NCBI GenBank assembly: GCA_963758295.1
Contig: CAVWUU010000004.1
Span: forward strand, 640,001-704,000
Origin: Candidatus Eremiobacteria bacterium
Lineage (GTDB): Bacteria; Vulcanimicrobiota; Vulcanimicrobiia; Vulcanimicrobiales; Vulcanimicrobiaceae
Length of the DNA stretch: 64,000 nucleotides
Direction of reading: 5' to 3'
Shown: piece by piece, positions 1 to 10,949 of the stretch
How positions within the stretch are numbered: position 1 is the first letter of the stretch
How the letters are laid out: every line of letters begins with the position of its first letter
Translations under genes and position numbers: made by a program
Notes under the pieces: model-generated
What the model saw: only the letters and a program-made list of their open reading frames with translations
Database searches by the model: none
What the model was told of the DNA's origin: nothing

Positions 1-711
1 CGTGATCGATACGCAAAAATTGCAGGTCGTCGCGACGGTGAAAACAGGCGGCGTCCCCGCGGGCATTCAGTTAGCCCCGACGGGAAACAGCTCTGGGTTG
101 CAAACTATGCCGACGGTACCGCGCAAGCGATCGATACACAGACGCTCGTTGCGGCGGCGCCCGTCAAAGTCGGGCGTCATCCCGAAGGCCTCGCGATTTC
201 GCCGGACGGCCGCACGGTTTACGTCGTCGATCAAGATGACAACGCCGTGACGGCAATCGACGTAGCTAAAGCTGTGAACGTCGGAACGTTCGCAACGGGC
301 GCGCGTCCGTTAGGCGTCGTGGTTTCACGCGACGGCTCGAAGCTTTACGTGAGCAACGCGGGAGAAAATACCGTGAGCGTCATCGATGCGCAAGGCGGTA
401 AATCTCTCGCTGTCATTGCGGTGGGTAAAGTTCCGCAAGGCATGGCGCTCTCCGGCGACGGCTCGTTGCTGTTGGTTGCGAACTCCGGCTCGAACGACGT
501 AACGCCGATTACTACGGCGACGAATCGTGCCCGCCCCGCAATTCGCGCCGGCAACGGACCGTTCGACGTGGCGTTCGGACCGGATGGTACCACGGCACTC
601 GTTGCGAACACGGGCGACAACGAATGCGTCCCGATCGACCTCGCACAGGGCCGCGCGCTCACTCCCGTCCCCACCGGCAGCTTCCCCATCGCCCTCGCTC
701 TCCCGCGCTAA
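1..711 (+). CDS. YVTN/YncE-family beta-propeller repeat protein (5' partial, frameshift near 83)
   Basis: Repeated units such as P-x-G-x-x-x-SxDG-xx-L-Y/L-V-x-N-x-G-x-N-x-V-x-x-I. ORFs 2..250 and 247..711 join through a one-base shift near 82-86 (KQLWVANYADGTAQAID in the second frame). Confidence 0.8.
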   Translation, partial: RDRYAKIAGRRDGENRRRPRGHSVSPDGKQLWVANYADGTAQAIDTQTLVAAAPVKVGRHPEGLAISPDGRTVYVVDQDDNAVTAIDVAKAVNVGTFATGARPLGVVVSRDGSKLYVSNAGENTVSVIDAQGGKSLAVIAVGKVPQGMALSGDGSLLLVANSGSNDVTPITTATNRARPAIRAGNGPFDVAFGPDGTTALVANTGDNECVPIDLAQGRALTPVPTGSFPIALALPR

Positions 712-889
712 AGTCCCAACCCTCGTGACGGGGTGGCGGAGGGTCTGCGGGATGACAAGCTGGGCGCACGTTGGTAGGAAAGAATCATCCGATGTCTTAA
801 GGTATGGCTATCGAAGAACGCGCATTTCGGCCCTGATTACTCGGTAGATTCGTTGCTAGCCATCCGACCTTCTCGGAAGGAGCCCATCA

Positions 890-3800
890 ATGGTTCGAGT
901 GATTCTACGCCCTCTGCTCGCTATAGCCGTTCTCATTTGCATGCTCTCTCAGAGCATGCCGCCGGCATTTGCCGGAACGGTGGGCACGATCTCCGGAACG
1001 GTCGTGCAAGCGAACACTCATGCCCCTGTTGCGGGCGCCTTGGTAACCGCTACTTCAGCTAGCGGTACACAGCGTGCCCACACCGATTCTCACGGTTTTT
1101 ACTCGATGAACGGTTTGAACCCGGACACCTACACCGTTTCCTTCGAACGCGAAGGCTTCACGCAAGCGTCCGAAGCCGGTGTCACGGTGGTGGCCGATCA
1201 AACCGCACGCGTCGACATTTCGCTGCAAGCCGCCCTCAAGACGATCGCACGGACGACGTCGCGAGCGACGGGTGGCGCCTTTCAGCCGCATCAGACGGCA
1301 GACACGTATACGGTTGGACCGGAGCAAATACAAAACATCCAAGGCAATGCCGCAAATATCAGCGAGAAAAGCTTGTTGACGGCGCTGCCCGGCGTGCAGT
1401 ATAGCTCCGGCGATAATCCGACGATTCGCGGCGGACGTACGAACAACGTCGACTACGAATTCGAAGGCATGAATTACACGGACCCGTATACGCAAAAGAA
1501 TATCAACGGGTTCAATTTCCCATCGTTCGGACTGCAATCGGTGCAAGTCTCACCGGGCAACGAAGACGAATCGTTCGGTAACTCCGGAGTTGGAACGGTT
1601 AACGTCGTCGCCCGGCGCGGCACGTACCCCGGCACGTTCGATGCGGTGCTGGCAACCGGTGGTCCGGGCTTCATGCATAATGCGAGCTTCGGCTACGGCG
1701 TTGCAACGCCTGATCAGCGTTTTTCCGAATATTTGAGTTACACGGCCGAGAACAACGCCCCACGGTACGGCGGCATTTATTGGAAAGCCGACGCCAACGA
1801 CATCGGGGTGAAAGACTATCCGATGGTGCTTACCGACCGCGAATTCCTGAGCAATACGCTCTTTCATTTCGGTCGCGACAACAAATTCGGATTCCAGTTT
1901 CTCTATAACAACGGCTTGCACGTCACCGACGGCGGCTACGGCGATTATCTCGCATCGCAGCTTTGCTATTTCTCGTGCGATCCGAATCAAGTCGGCGTAT
2001 TTGCAAGTGATTCGCCGAACGCCGGCATCGGCGGCATCGGCTACACCGGCTACTTTGACAAGAACGGCGTCGGCCACCCCGGCTTGACGCTTTCGCAAAT
2101 TCAAAATCTGCTCGTCCTGTGGCCCGGACAAACGCAAGTCAATCAGTTTATGAACGGCCGTCCCGAGTATTCGGAAAACGGCACGGACAACGGTACGAAA
2201 GCCCAGCTAACGTACAATCCAAACTCGTCGACGTACTTATTCGCCGGATGGGATACGACCAACGGCATCACGACGGCCGATAGCCCGAACGCCGCGCTCT
2301 ACCGTCTAGTCGGCGGTTACAACGACGAATATCACGCGGGATTGCAGAAGACGTTGAGCCAGAAGAACATGTTTCGCTTCAACGTCGACGCGTCGCACGG
2401 AATTCCGATCAACGAAGGGTACTTCCCGAACGACGAACTCTTCAACATCGCGCCGGTTTTCGAAGGCGTAGGGGAACTCTACGACTTTATCTCCCCGAGC
2501 GATCCCAACTGCCCGATCGGACACGATGCGAGCGGGAACAGCTACTGCGGCCATTTGTACAATGCGCTCGGGCTTAGCCCGTCCTCGCAAACCGGCACGC
2601 TGAAACTCATTCCCGGCGGTGCAGGTACGCGCATCAAAGGCTCGTCGTTCTCGGCCAGCGTCGGCGATTCGTGGACGCCAAACGACAAGCTAAAGATCGA
2701 TGCCGGCGTGCGCGTCGAACATCACGATTACAGCTTGCCGCCCTATGGCCAGCTTCCGGATTGTACGTCGTACTATGTGCCGGTTGCTTATCAAACGCCC
2801 ACACCGGGCACGCTACCCGACGGAGAAACGGGCGAGTTCGTGAACGGCGCCCCGGTCGGGCCCGGCAACTGCCCCAAAGCGGTCTTCCTGCCGCTCACGA
2901 AACAACAAACGTCGCCAACGGTTCCGGAACCTCGCTTCGCGGCTTCGTATCAGCTGGGACTGAACGATGCGTTGCGCTTCTCCTATGGACGCACGGCCCG
3001 CTTTCCCGAGGGCATCACGAGCGACTACGGCCCGCCGCCCACCTTTCGGCGCTCAGTTCTCCGGGCTGCCGGCCTTCTTGAATCCCGGCATGTTCGCCGC
3101 GACCGGCATCTACAACCCGAATACGTACTACAAGAGTACGGATCCAAATGACTATTATGGCCGCCGCGGTATTCCAACGGACTGCGGCTTCGTGAATCAC
3201 TGGGTGCCGTGCCAGTCGTACCAAGAGCAGCTCTATTGGTCGGTGGAAAACGGCGACTTCGGCAACCCGATTGCGCCGCTTTCGCCGGTGACATACAGCA
3301 ACTTCGACGTGTCGTGGTCGCACCAGTTCAAGGGAAACCTCTCGTTAAAGCTTACGGGCTGGACACGACGCGCGTACGACCTTGACATCATCCAGCCGAT
3401 TCCGCAAGAGAGCCTCTTCGGCTCCGTGATCATTGGACCGGACGGCAGCGTTTCGAACTACATCTTGAAGATTCCGACGAACGACGGCATCGAAAATGCC
3501 GACGGATTGGAATTTTTCTTGACGAAGCTCAATCCAATTGGTCTCTCGGGACAAGTCTCGGCAACGTATAACAACGTCCGCCAGAACGTTCCACCGACCG
3601 GCGCGGATGAGTTTCACGGTTTGCTCACGTCGAATACCGCGGGCCAACTCTTCCGGGTCGGCTACGTATCGCCGTTCACTTCGGCGCTTGCACTATCGTA
3701 TAAAACGCGGAACGGCTGGCGCTTGCAAACGCGTTGGGATTACGACATAGGGTATCCGTACGGTGACGGCTTGCTCACGAGCTTCGCGTACGCGGGCAAG

Positions 3801-4334
3801 ACGTACAACGTCCCGCATACGAACGTGACGGGCGGCGGACAAACGCAGTACATCGATCCATCGAATCCCGGTTCGGTCTTCCATCCGAATATTGCGGCAA
3901 CGCTGGGCGTGCCGGAATCGAATCAGGCGGCCGGACAGCTTTCGCACGATAATCTCGTCGCGTCGATGACGCTCGAGAAGACCGTCGGAGCCGGCGCGAT
4001 CGGCATCACGATCAACAACCTCTTCAACGAAGCGTACTCCGGACCGACGTACCCGATCGGCGACTTCGGCGCAGAGATCCAAGGACCGTTCACCGCGTTG
4101 AATTCCGGTTCGTACTATCAGGGCGGCGGATTCAAGTTGAATGGAAACTACCAGCCGGTTGCGACCGGCATCGGTGGGCCGCTGACCGGCTATCAAACGA
4201 ACTGCACGCCGAACCCGGCTGCCGGCATTACCTGCCAGACAACGGGCGGCGGAGTCAACGGCCGCGGCGCGTATATCAACGTTCCGAACGCGATCGGCCG
4301 CTCGTTCTACGTTTACTACACGGTGCACATCTAG
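890..4334 (+). CDS. TonB-dependent receptor-like outer-membrane protein with N-terminal carboxypeptidase-regulatory-like domain (frameshift near 3044)
   Basis: AAGGAG RBS, signal peptide, GTISGTV...TDSHGFY domain, plug-like LPGV...IRGG...YEFEG, barrel-like strands, C-terminal YVYYTVHI. ORFs 890..3151 and 2967..4334 join at an extra T (ACCTTTCGGC). Confidence 0.8.
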
Positions 4335-4342
4335 GAGAGCAC

Positions 4343-5536
4343 ATGAAGATTCATCTTCTGCGAACCGCACTTATCGTTACGGTTTCGGCCGCTCTCGCGG
4401 GATGCGGCGGCGTGACCAACGGCAATTCGTATACGCCGACGCAAACGCCCGGCAACACTCTGCAAAGCAGCAAAGTGCAACTTGCCGCCGGCACGGCAAG
4501 ATTGCCTGACGGCACGACGGGACTGAACCTCGTCTCGACGTTCAGACAGTCGAACGGGCTGAGCGCCGCGCTCGTAAATACGCCCTCGGTTACCGGGCCC
4601 GCCGGATTCACCGTGCCGGCGACGTCGCTTGCCGGCAACGGCCAAGGCGGCTCCGGAACCGATGCCGGTACAAATGCCATCACTGCGCTTCTTCCGTCGT
4701 TCTTGCCGGCTCCGGCTACATCGACGACGTTCGGAGCCGTCGGTGGCGATTTCGCGTCGGGATTCGGCAACTTCAACAACACGACGAACGGCAACACCGC
4801 TTTCTATCCGGGACAGGCGAGCGGCCCTTCACCGGCGTGGGGACAACCGTTCTACGTGACGTCCATTCCGTTTTCCGGAGTGTTGCCTTCGGGAACGAGC
4901 AACGTGCTGCCGCAACCGTACATCGTCGGACCGCCGGCGGTGCCGTTCTTCGACGATGGCACGTTCCCGCAAAACTTCGCGGGGTACATGAGCGGCTTTA
5001 CCGCGTTCGCGGCGACGCCGGTAAGCGGCGATTACAAGCTCAGCGAAGCCGTCGCAACGTCGAACACCTCGCAGACTTTCACCTATTCCGCCACGGCAAC
5101 GCTCTCCAACCTTACGCCGCTGCCGGCGCTTCCGGCGCCGTCCTTCACGAAAGATGGAACCGGCGGTGGTACGGCCACGATCACGATCCCGTCGGATCCG
5201 CGCATCGTGGAGACGCTCGTCTATGTCGTTGATATCGCACCGGGACGCAACAACAACTTGTACTTTGCGAGCGCTCCGATCAAGGGTACCGGCACGCAGA
5301 CCTTCACGCTTCCCAATAATCTGGGCGTGTGCGCCGTCCTCGTGCCGGGCTGCAACACTTCGCATCCGGGTGCCTCGATCGCCTCGGGCGATCAGTATCT
5401 CGTGTACGCGGTGAGCTTTGACTACCCGCAGTTCGAAGCCGAACCGCCCGGAAACACGTCGCAAACGCCGACGATTTCCGGTACGGGCGGCCAGGCCGAC
5501 ATCAGCATGTCTCCGGCGCTCTCGGGAGTTTACTAA
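4343..5536 (+). CDS. Exported lipoprotein of unknown function, co-transcribed with the TonB receptor
   Basis: AGGAG RBS, 8 nt after the receptor stop, lipobox LAGC, T/S/G/P-rich beta-type sequence. Confidence 0.75.
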   Translation: MKIHLLRTALIVTVSAALAGCGGVTNGNSYTPTQTPGNTLQSSKVQLAAGTARLPDGTTGLNLVSTFRQSNGLSAALVNTPSVTGPAGFTVPATSLAGNGQGGSGTDAGTNAITALLPSFLPAPATSTTFGAVGGDFASGFGNFNNTTNGNTAFYPGQASGPSPAWGQPFYVTSIPFSGVLPSGTSNVLPQPYIVGPPAVPFFDDGTFPQNFAGYMSGFTAFAATPVSGDYKLSEAVATSNTSQTFTYSATATLSNLTPLPALPAPSFTKDGTGGGTATITIPSDPRIVETLVYVVDIAPGRNNNLYFASAPIKGTGTQTFTLPNNLGVCAVLVPGCNTSHPGASIASGDQYLVYAVSFDYPQFEAEPPGNTSQTPTISGTGGQADISMSPALSGVY

Positions 5537-5539
5537 CCG

Positions 5540-6847
5540 CTACTCCACTAGCGAAGTAATCCCGCGCTGGTAAAGCGCCTCGCGATTTCCGGCGTTCCGT
5601 TGCAGCACGATCTGCGCGCGAACGCCGGAGTCGACGAGCCGCATGTAGCGCTCCAATAAATCGTCCGATCCCTCGTCATTCGGAATCACGAGCGCGTGCG
5701 GACGTTTCAACACTTGAGGCGGCGTGCGGTCAAACTCCGCAATCAAGGCCGCAAGGCGTTTGCCGAGCGGCTTGAGCCGCCGATCGTTCGTGTACAACCC
5801 CAAGTCATATTCCAGTTTGTTGAAGCCGGTAAAACGCTCGCCGACATCGTGCGAGCACCACCACGTAATGCCGAAAAGATGATCGCAGCTCGCGGCGTTG
5901 CGAACCGACGCTTCCGCCCAATCCGGAATGAGGCTTTCAGGCATCCACTGTTTCGAACATCCGTCTTCTTCTATCCAAATCGTACGGGCGCCGTGCGTCG
6001 AAAACGCCTGAATGTACTGCACCAAGAACTCACTGTAGTGTTTGGCGGCCGTGCTCAACGGGCCGTATTTTTTATAGATCGGTCCGAAGCCGGCCCACGG
6101 ATGCACGCAACTCGCGCTTCCCGCGCGGCTCAACCCCTCGCGCGTAAACGCATGCAGTTCCTTGGATTCATACGGCCATTTATCCACGCCGTTTACGTGA
6201 AATTTTCCCGGCGCTACGGAGTCGCAATGGTCCAATAAGGCGTTCATCCACGCATCGCCTTGCGTGGGCGTATATTTAACGTGCAGCGGTTCCGTAAACC
6301 AATAGACTTCGTTCGAAATGTCGAAGCCTAGGAAGTGCGGGTGATTGCCGATCCGTGTGGCAATAGCGCTGAACAGGCGTTGCTGCGTCTGCCATAGTTT
6401 TCGATCGGTGATGAAATTACGAATGTGGCCGTCTTGATTATCGATTAGCCATGGCGGAACGAAAAGAAATCCACTGAGCTGTCCATCGAGGACGGTAACC
6501 TGAACGTCTAAGCCAAGCCTGCCGGCGTCGTTTATCAGTTGCTCCAAACGATCAACGTGCTCGCTGCTTACCGAGGCTTCGTTCGGCTGAAATTGCGGCC
6601 ACAACAGCTGGATGCGAATGTGGTCCATGCCAAGCGCGGCAATATCGTGCAGATCGCGTCGAATGGCTTCGCGATCCCAATCGCCCCAAACGTACCACCA
6701 GTGCTTCGACGGCACGTAATTCGCGCCGAATCGAACGCGACGCCGGTGCGTTGCCGCTGCTGCGGGCATCGGAAACGCCGTTGCAGCGATGCCGCTCGCG
6801 GCCACTGCAATAAATGCCGCTCGAGAGTGTGCTTCTTCGTTCGCCAT
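5540..6847 (-). CDS. Glycoside hydrolase family 5, GH5_18-like (beta-mannosidase-like), with Tat-like signal
   Basis: FGANYVPS..W...DWD, LGMDHIRI..LWP.FQPN, acid/base region ISNEV, nucleophile region WIEEDG, TWWCSHDV...EYDLGL. N-terminal SRAAF plus hydrophobic stretch ending in AAAA. Confidence 0.8.
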   Translation of the reverse strand: MANEEAHSRAAFIAVAASGIAATAFPMPAAAATHRRRVRFGANYVPSKHWWYVWGDWDREAIRRDLHDIAALGMDHIRIQLLWPQFQPNEASVSSEHVDRLEQLINDAGRLGLDVQVTVLDGQLSGFLFVPPWLIDNQDGHIRNFITDRKLWQTQQRLFSAIATRIGNHPHFLGFDISNEVYWFTEPLHVKYTPTQGDAWMNALLDHCDSVAPGKFHVNGVDKWPYESKELHAFTREGLSRAGSASCVHPWAGFGPIYKKYGPLSTAAKHYSEFLVQYIQAFSTHGARTIWIEEDGCSKQWMPESLIPDWAEASVRNAASCDHLFGITWWCSHDVGERFTGFNKLEYDLGLYTNDRRLKPLGKRLAALIAEFDRTPPQVLKRPHALVIPNDEGSDDLLERYMRLVDSGVRAQIVLQRNAGNREALYQRGITSLVE

Positions 6848-6899
6848 CAAAAGGGTGTTGCGAACGCCATTTCAAAGGCCCTTCTCTACCGTGCGAACA

Positions 6900-7559
6900 G
6901 TGTTGGAAGTCATCGTCGTTAATGCGCGCGAAGCACAAATCGCGCAGCGCGCAGGCGCCGGCCGGCTGGAATTGATTGCCCAACGGGAACGCGGCGGATT
7001 CACGCCGGATGCGCGCACGATCGAAAGCGTCGTTGCTGCGGTTTCTATTCCGGTGAACGTGATGGTTCGAACGCACGATCGGGGCTTTACCTATGACGCC
7101 GGTGATCGAGAGGCAATGGTCCGCGACGCGAAGCTCGCGTCGTCGCTGGGCGCCACTGCCATCGTCTCCGGCGCGCTGCTTCCGGATGGCCGCGTCGATA
7201 CGGATTTTGTTGAGGAACTATGCGACGCCGCAAAACTTCCCGCTACGTTCCACCGAGCGTTTGACGAAGCGCGTAATCCGCGCGTCGCATATGAATCGCT
7301 AGGGCGTGCGCCGATGATAACACGCGTCCTTACCTCGGGCGCGGCGGCAGACGCATGGCAAGGCCGCGCTTTGCTGCGTGAACTTGCTGCGGTGAATCGG
7401 CCCATCGTGCTTGCCGGTGTTGGTATCACCGCTGAGAACGCCGCCGCAATCGTCCGCGATACCGGCGCCGGGGAGATTCACGTTGGATCCGGAGCGCGCG
7501 TCCGAGGTGAGATCGATCCGCGCTCGATCGAACGAATCATCGAAGTCCTCAACTGTTAA
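6900..7559 (+). CDS. cutC: CutC family protein
   Basis: LEVIV...GAGRLEL...GGFTP, VNVMVR, TFHRAFD, RVLTSG and EIHVG motifs. Start at GTG 6900 is inferred. Confidence 0.85.
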   Translation: MLEVIVVNAREAQIAQRAGAGRLELIAQRERGGFTPDARTIESVVAAVSIPVNVMVRTHDRGFTYDAGDREAMVRDAKLASSLGATAIVSGALLPDGRVDTDFVEELCDAAKLPATFHRAFDEARNPRVAYESLGRAPMITRVLTSGAAADAWQGRALLRELAAVNRPIVLAGVGITAENAAAIVRDTGAGEIHVGSGARVRGEIDPRSIERIIEVLNC

Positions 7560-7698
7560 GGCCACAGTACGAGAGACAGCCGGCCGTTTGCCTGGCCTGT
7601 TCAAACGAATTATTCACGGCTAGCGAGGAGCCCACGTCACGCCGTGCGTATCGGAGCGTACGGGCCCGGCGCGCCGGCGAGAACTTTTCATCGCCGGA

Positions 7699-9009
7699 TT
7701 GGATGTGAGGCGGCGCAAACCATTGATAACCTTCGAAGAGGCCTTTGAAGCTTCTCCCGATGCAGTGGCACTCATCGAAGTCGGCGCCGACGATGCGGCG
7801 TATGGCATAATTCGCTACGTCAATTCGGCGTTTTTGAATCTGTATCAATTCGCGCGCGAAGCGGTGCTCGATAAGAACAGCGTTGATGTCTTTCGCGGAA
7901 TCGACGAAGCCGATCTTGGAGCTACGCTCGACGGCATCGCAACTGCGCGATCGTTTCGCCGCAGCCGCTGCCATCACCGGCCGGACGGCAGCAGAATTTG
8001 GATCGAGATAAGCTTCGGGCCGCTCGACGGCGACGCGCATGTATCCGGACAATGGATCGTCATTTCACGGGACGTGACCGAAACGCGCGCGCTCCACGAG
8101 CAGGTCGCGCAATTGACGGCCGCGATAGATCAAGCGCGCGATCCGATCGCGATGTTCGAAATGCGCGACGGGTTCTGGCGCTTCAGCTTCGTCAACAGGG
8201 CGTTCAACGCGGTACTTGGCTACACGCGCGAAGAATTGCTAGGACAAACCAGCGATTGCATCATGGCTGAAAACATGGATCGCTCCCGCCTGCATCGCTT
8301 GCGAACCGGGTTACGCGACGGGCAAGCCATGCACGATGAAGTTCAACTGCGAGCCAAGAACGGTGCGGTTTTTACGTTCGAGGCAAATGCACGGCCGCTG
8401 CAGCCCCAGCCGGACCAGGAGTCGTACACGGTCGTCATCTACCGCGATGTCACGTTGCGCAAACGACGCGAGGCGGATCTGCAGTACAACGCCGATCACG
8501 ATAGCCTAACGGGCCTTCGCAACCGCCGTTTCTTCGAAGAACGGTTACGTGAAGGTTGCGCGATGACGGACGACGTCACGCATTCCGCGGTGATCTTCAT
8601 CGACCTCGACGGCTTCAAAGCGATCAACGACGCATTCGGACATGCGGCCGGCGACCGCGTATTGAAATTGGCGGCTACGACAATGCGCCGTTCTTCACGC
8701 GAGCATGATTTAGTGGCCCGTTGGGGCGGCGACGAATTCGTCGTGCTGTTATTGCACAGCGGCTTGGACAACGCCCAACACACCGCAGAACATTTACTGA
8801 ACGCCGTGCTTGGTGCGATGGAAGGTGCCGGCGTTCGGGTGGGAGCGAGCTTCGGATTAAGCCCAATAACCTCGAGCGCCACGGAGACTATTGCGCGCGC
8901 CGATCACGCTTGCTATCTTGCTAAGCGTGCAGGCGGCAATCGCATTCACGTAGCCTCCGGGATGCCGATGCATCTTGACGCAGCCGAGGCAGCGGCCCAC
9001 GATGAATAA
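7699..9009 (+). CDS. PAS-PAS-GGDEF diguanylate cyclase
   Basis: Two PAS domains (YVNSAF, FVNRAF), HDSLTGLRNRR, DLDGFK.IND.FGH.AGD, I-site REHD and intact RWGGDEF. Confidence 0.9.
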   Translation: MDVRRRKPLITFEEAFEASPDAVALIEVGADDAAYGIIRYVNSAFLNLYQFAREAVLDKNSVDVFRGIDEADLGATLDGIATARSFRRSRCHHRPDGSRIWIEISFGPLDGDAHVSGQWIVISRDVTETRALHEQVAQLTAAIDQARDPIAMFEMRDGFWRFSFVNRAFNAVLGYTREELLGQTSDCIMAENMDRSRLHRLRTGLRDGQAMHDEVQLRAKNGAVFTFEANARPLQPQPDQESYTVVIYRDVTLRKRREADLQYNADHDSLTGLRNRRFFEERLREGCAMTDDVTHSAVIFIDLDGFKAINDAFGHAAGDRVLKLAATTMRRSSREHDLVARWGGDEFVVLLLHSGLDNAQHTAEHLLNAVLGAMEGAGVRVGASFGLSPITSSATETIARADHACYLAKRAGGNRIHVASGMPMHLDAAEAAAHDE

Positions 9010-9050
9010 GCGCGCTTATGTCGCGCTTCTGTTATTAGAGGTTAGTGATC

Positions 9051-9191
9051 ATGTCGCAAGACGATAAGAACGATCAGGCAGAGCAAGCTCCCGCACCTCA
9101 GCCGGGAAGCTCGTCGCCTCAGCCGTCCGGAATCCCGACGATCGGCGAAAAACAAATCAAGAACACCGGTGGCACGCAGCGACCCGACTAG
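9051..9191 (+). CDS. Small 46-aa hydrophilic protein (not in the ORF track)
   Basis: GAGGT RBS at about 9038, ATG 9051, MSQDDKNDQAEQAPAPQPGSSSPQPSGIPTIGEKQIKNTGGTQRPD*, followed by a terminator. Confidence 0.6.
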   Translation: MSQDDKNDQAEQAPAPQPGSSSPQPSGIPTIGEKQIKNTGGTQRPD

Positions 9192-9210
9192 CCGCCAAGT
9201 TCTGACATCC

Positions 9211-9240
9211 AGGGCGGGCAGCGGGCACCCGCCTTTTTTT
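9211..9240 (+). terminator. Rho-independent terminator
   Basis: GGCGGG-loop-CCCGCC stem followed by T7. Confidence 0.7.
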
Positions 9241-9320
9241 ATGCCCTTCCGGCAGAAAGGGCTTAGCTCTTAGCTAAGGGCGCAAAAGATGGGTATATTG
9301 CTTGCGCGAGGGTATTCATC

Positions 9321-9671
9321 ATGACGCTCTTTTGGCTCAAATCCGCTCACCCGCGAAATGCCGCTTCGGACGGTTCGGAATCGCCGAAGCCGGAGCCGGA
9401 ATTCGATGAGGACGGCCGGCAGTACGTCTTCCGGTACACGCCGGTCCCGCTGCAAGCCTACCAAATGGATCGCGACCGCATCTTCCGCTATGCCCGCACG
9501 CACGAACTGCCCAGCGCTCGCGCCCGCATGATGCGCCGCGATCGACGCAACGCCGCAAGCTTCTACGAAGACGTGCGAGAGATCCAGACGCACCCGGACG
9601 TAGTCCCGTTGTGCGAGGCGCCAGCCTCTTTAGAACCCGTAGCGCGATTGCGCCTTCGATCCGCGAGCTAG
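9321..9671 (+). CDS. Hypothetical protein
   Basis: 116-aa ORF with GAGGG upstream of the ATG and a TATATT -10-like box. No recognisable family. Confidence 0.5.
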   Translation: MTLFWLKSAHPRNAASDGSESPKPEPEFDEDGRQYVFRYTPVPLQAYQMDRDRIFRYARTHELPSARARMMRRDRRNAASFYEDVREIQTHPDVVPLCEAPASLEPVARLRLRSAS

Positions 9672-9699
9672 TAGGCACAAAGGACCGGAAGCTTGCCGC

Positions 9700-10568
9700 G
9701 TGTGGCCGGGGCGGCGCGTGCAAGCCGCGCGAGCGCCGCTCGCCAGAAACGTTGCGTATGGGCCGTGCTCGAACGGTTCCGAGACCGCAACGATCAACGT
9801 GAGCGCAACCGAGACGCAGATTTACGAAGAAGATTTTTACGACTCAGCGTGCACAAATATCAAGGACAGCATCTTCCTCGACGTCATGCCGGCGGAACGA
9901 CGAGCGCGTCCGCTACCGGCAACATCACTTCCTATGGCGCGACCGGCGCGGTAACGTCGTACGAGAACCTTACACTTACGCTCGGTGGCGTAGGCACGGC
10001 CGCGGAGACACTCTCCGTTGAAATTGCGACCGCAGCCAATGCGACGTCGAAGGCCGTTTCCGACGTAGGGATGTCATGTACGATGTCGGCCTCGCTTGCG
10101 TGCGGAATTGGCGCCTTGAATCACGACGCCGCCGCTGATGACGATCTAGGTGCGACGATGCTCCTAACCATTTCCGCTGCTGCGGCCACGGGCGGCCTAA
10201 CTAACGTCACGTTGAACGGATCGGTCGGTGGATACACCGGCTCGCTGAACTCCACGATCCTTTCGCAAGGCGTGTTCCCGGCCTGGAATATTTCCGGCGG
10301 AACGGTGAGCGACACGGCAACAATCTCTGGCACGGTCTCAATGACGTCCGCGGGCGCCGCAACCTCCGGAACGGTGAGCGTTACGGATAGTGCCGACCAT
10401 GGCAGCGCGGCATTCACCGCTTCGATAAGCGGCGGTACCGGCGTCATCACCGACACCGCGACTCCTACAACGGTCGCGACCTTTACCGTGGACGCGAGTG
10501 GCAATGGAACCATCCAGTTCAGCGACGGCACGACCGGCAAGATCTCGAACTGGCAGGTGGCGGGCTAA
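9700..10568 (+). pseudogene. S/T/G-rich secreted beta-strand protein, frameshifted or 5'-damaged
   Basis: Frame 9700..9954 (PCSNGSETATINV...FYDSACT) switches near 9890 to frame 9693..10568 (GTTSASATGNITSYG...NWQVAG). A LAACG lipobox occurs in a third frame at about 9692. Confidence 0.5.
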
Positions 10569-10580
10569 CGGCCCAGCCTC

Positions 10581-10621
10581 AAAAAAGAAGGCCGCTCGCA
10601 ATGCGAGCGGCCTTTCTATTT
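10581..10621. terminator. Probably bidirectional intrinsic terminator
   Basis: A-run, AAGGCCGCTCGCA-A-TGCGAGCGGCCTT, then TCTATTT. Confidence 0.8.
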
Positions 10622-10949
10622 GTGTCAAACCGGTTAGAGCGTATCCCAAGAGGCGGATGATTCCGCGGCGCGACGACCGTGCGCGCGGCGGCGGTAATTT
10701 TCAAAAAATGCTCCGCCAAGCAACGCAAAAACGCTGCCCGGAACAAGCAACGATAACGAAAACGCGATAGCCTGCACCGCATATGGATGCAGCGGGTGCG
10801 CACCAAAACCGCCCATGACGGCGATAGTGTATCACGCCGATGCAAGCAACGTCCGTATGAAAGTCTTAACAGTTTGCGGCCTATTTTGCGCCCCTTAGAG
10901 CAGGCGAGCATCTTAATCCTTGGCGCGCTTCTGTCGATACGCGAATCAC

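Noticed and set aside
712..889. Possible riboswitch or structured leader upstream of the TonB receptor (ACCCTC/GAGGGT pairing, GGGATGAC)
   Set aside because: No recognisable cobalamin, TPP or c-di-GMP riboswitch consensus. The pairing is short and could be chance in GC-rich DNA; an Rfam scan is needed.
10634..10875. Small hydrophobic minus-strand ORF with an in-frame TGA at 10832-10834 (possible recoding or selenocysteine)
   Set aside because: No upstream start codon or RBS, no SECIS-like or Cys-homolog context, and coding status is uncertain.
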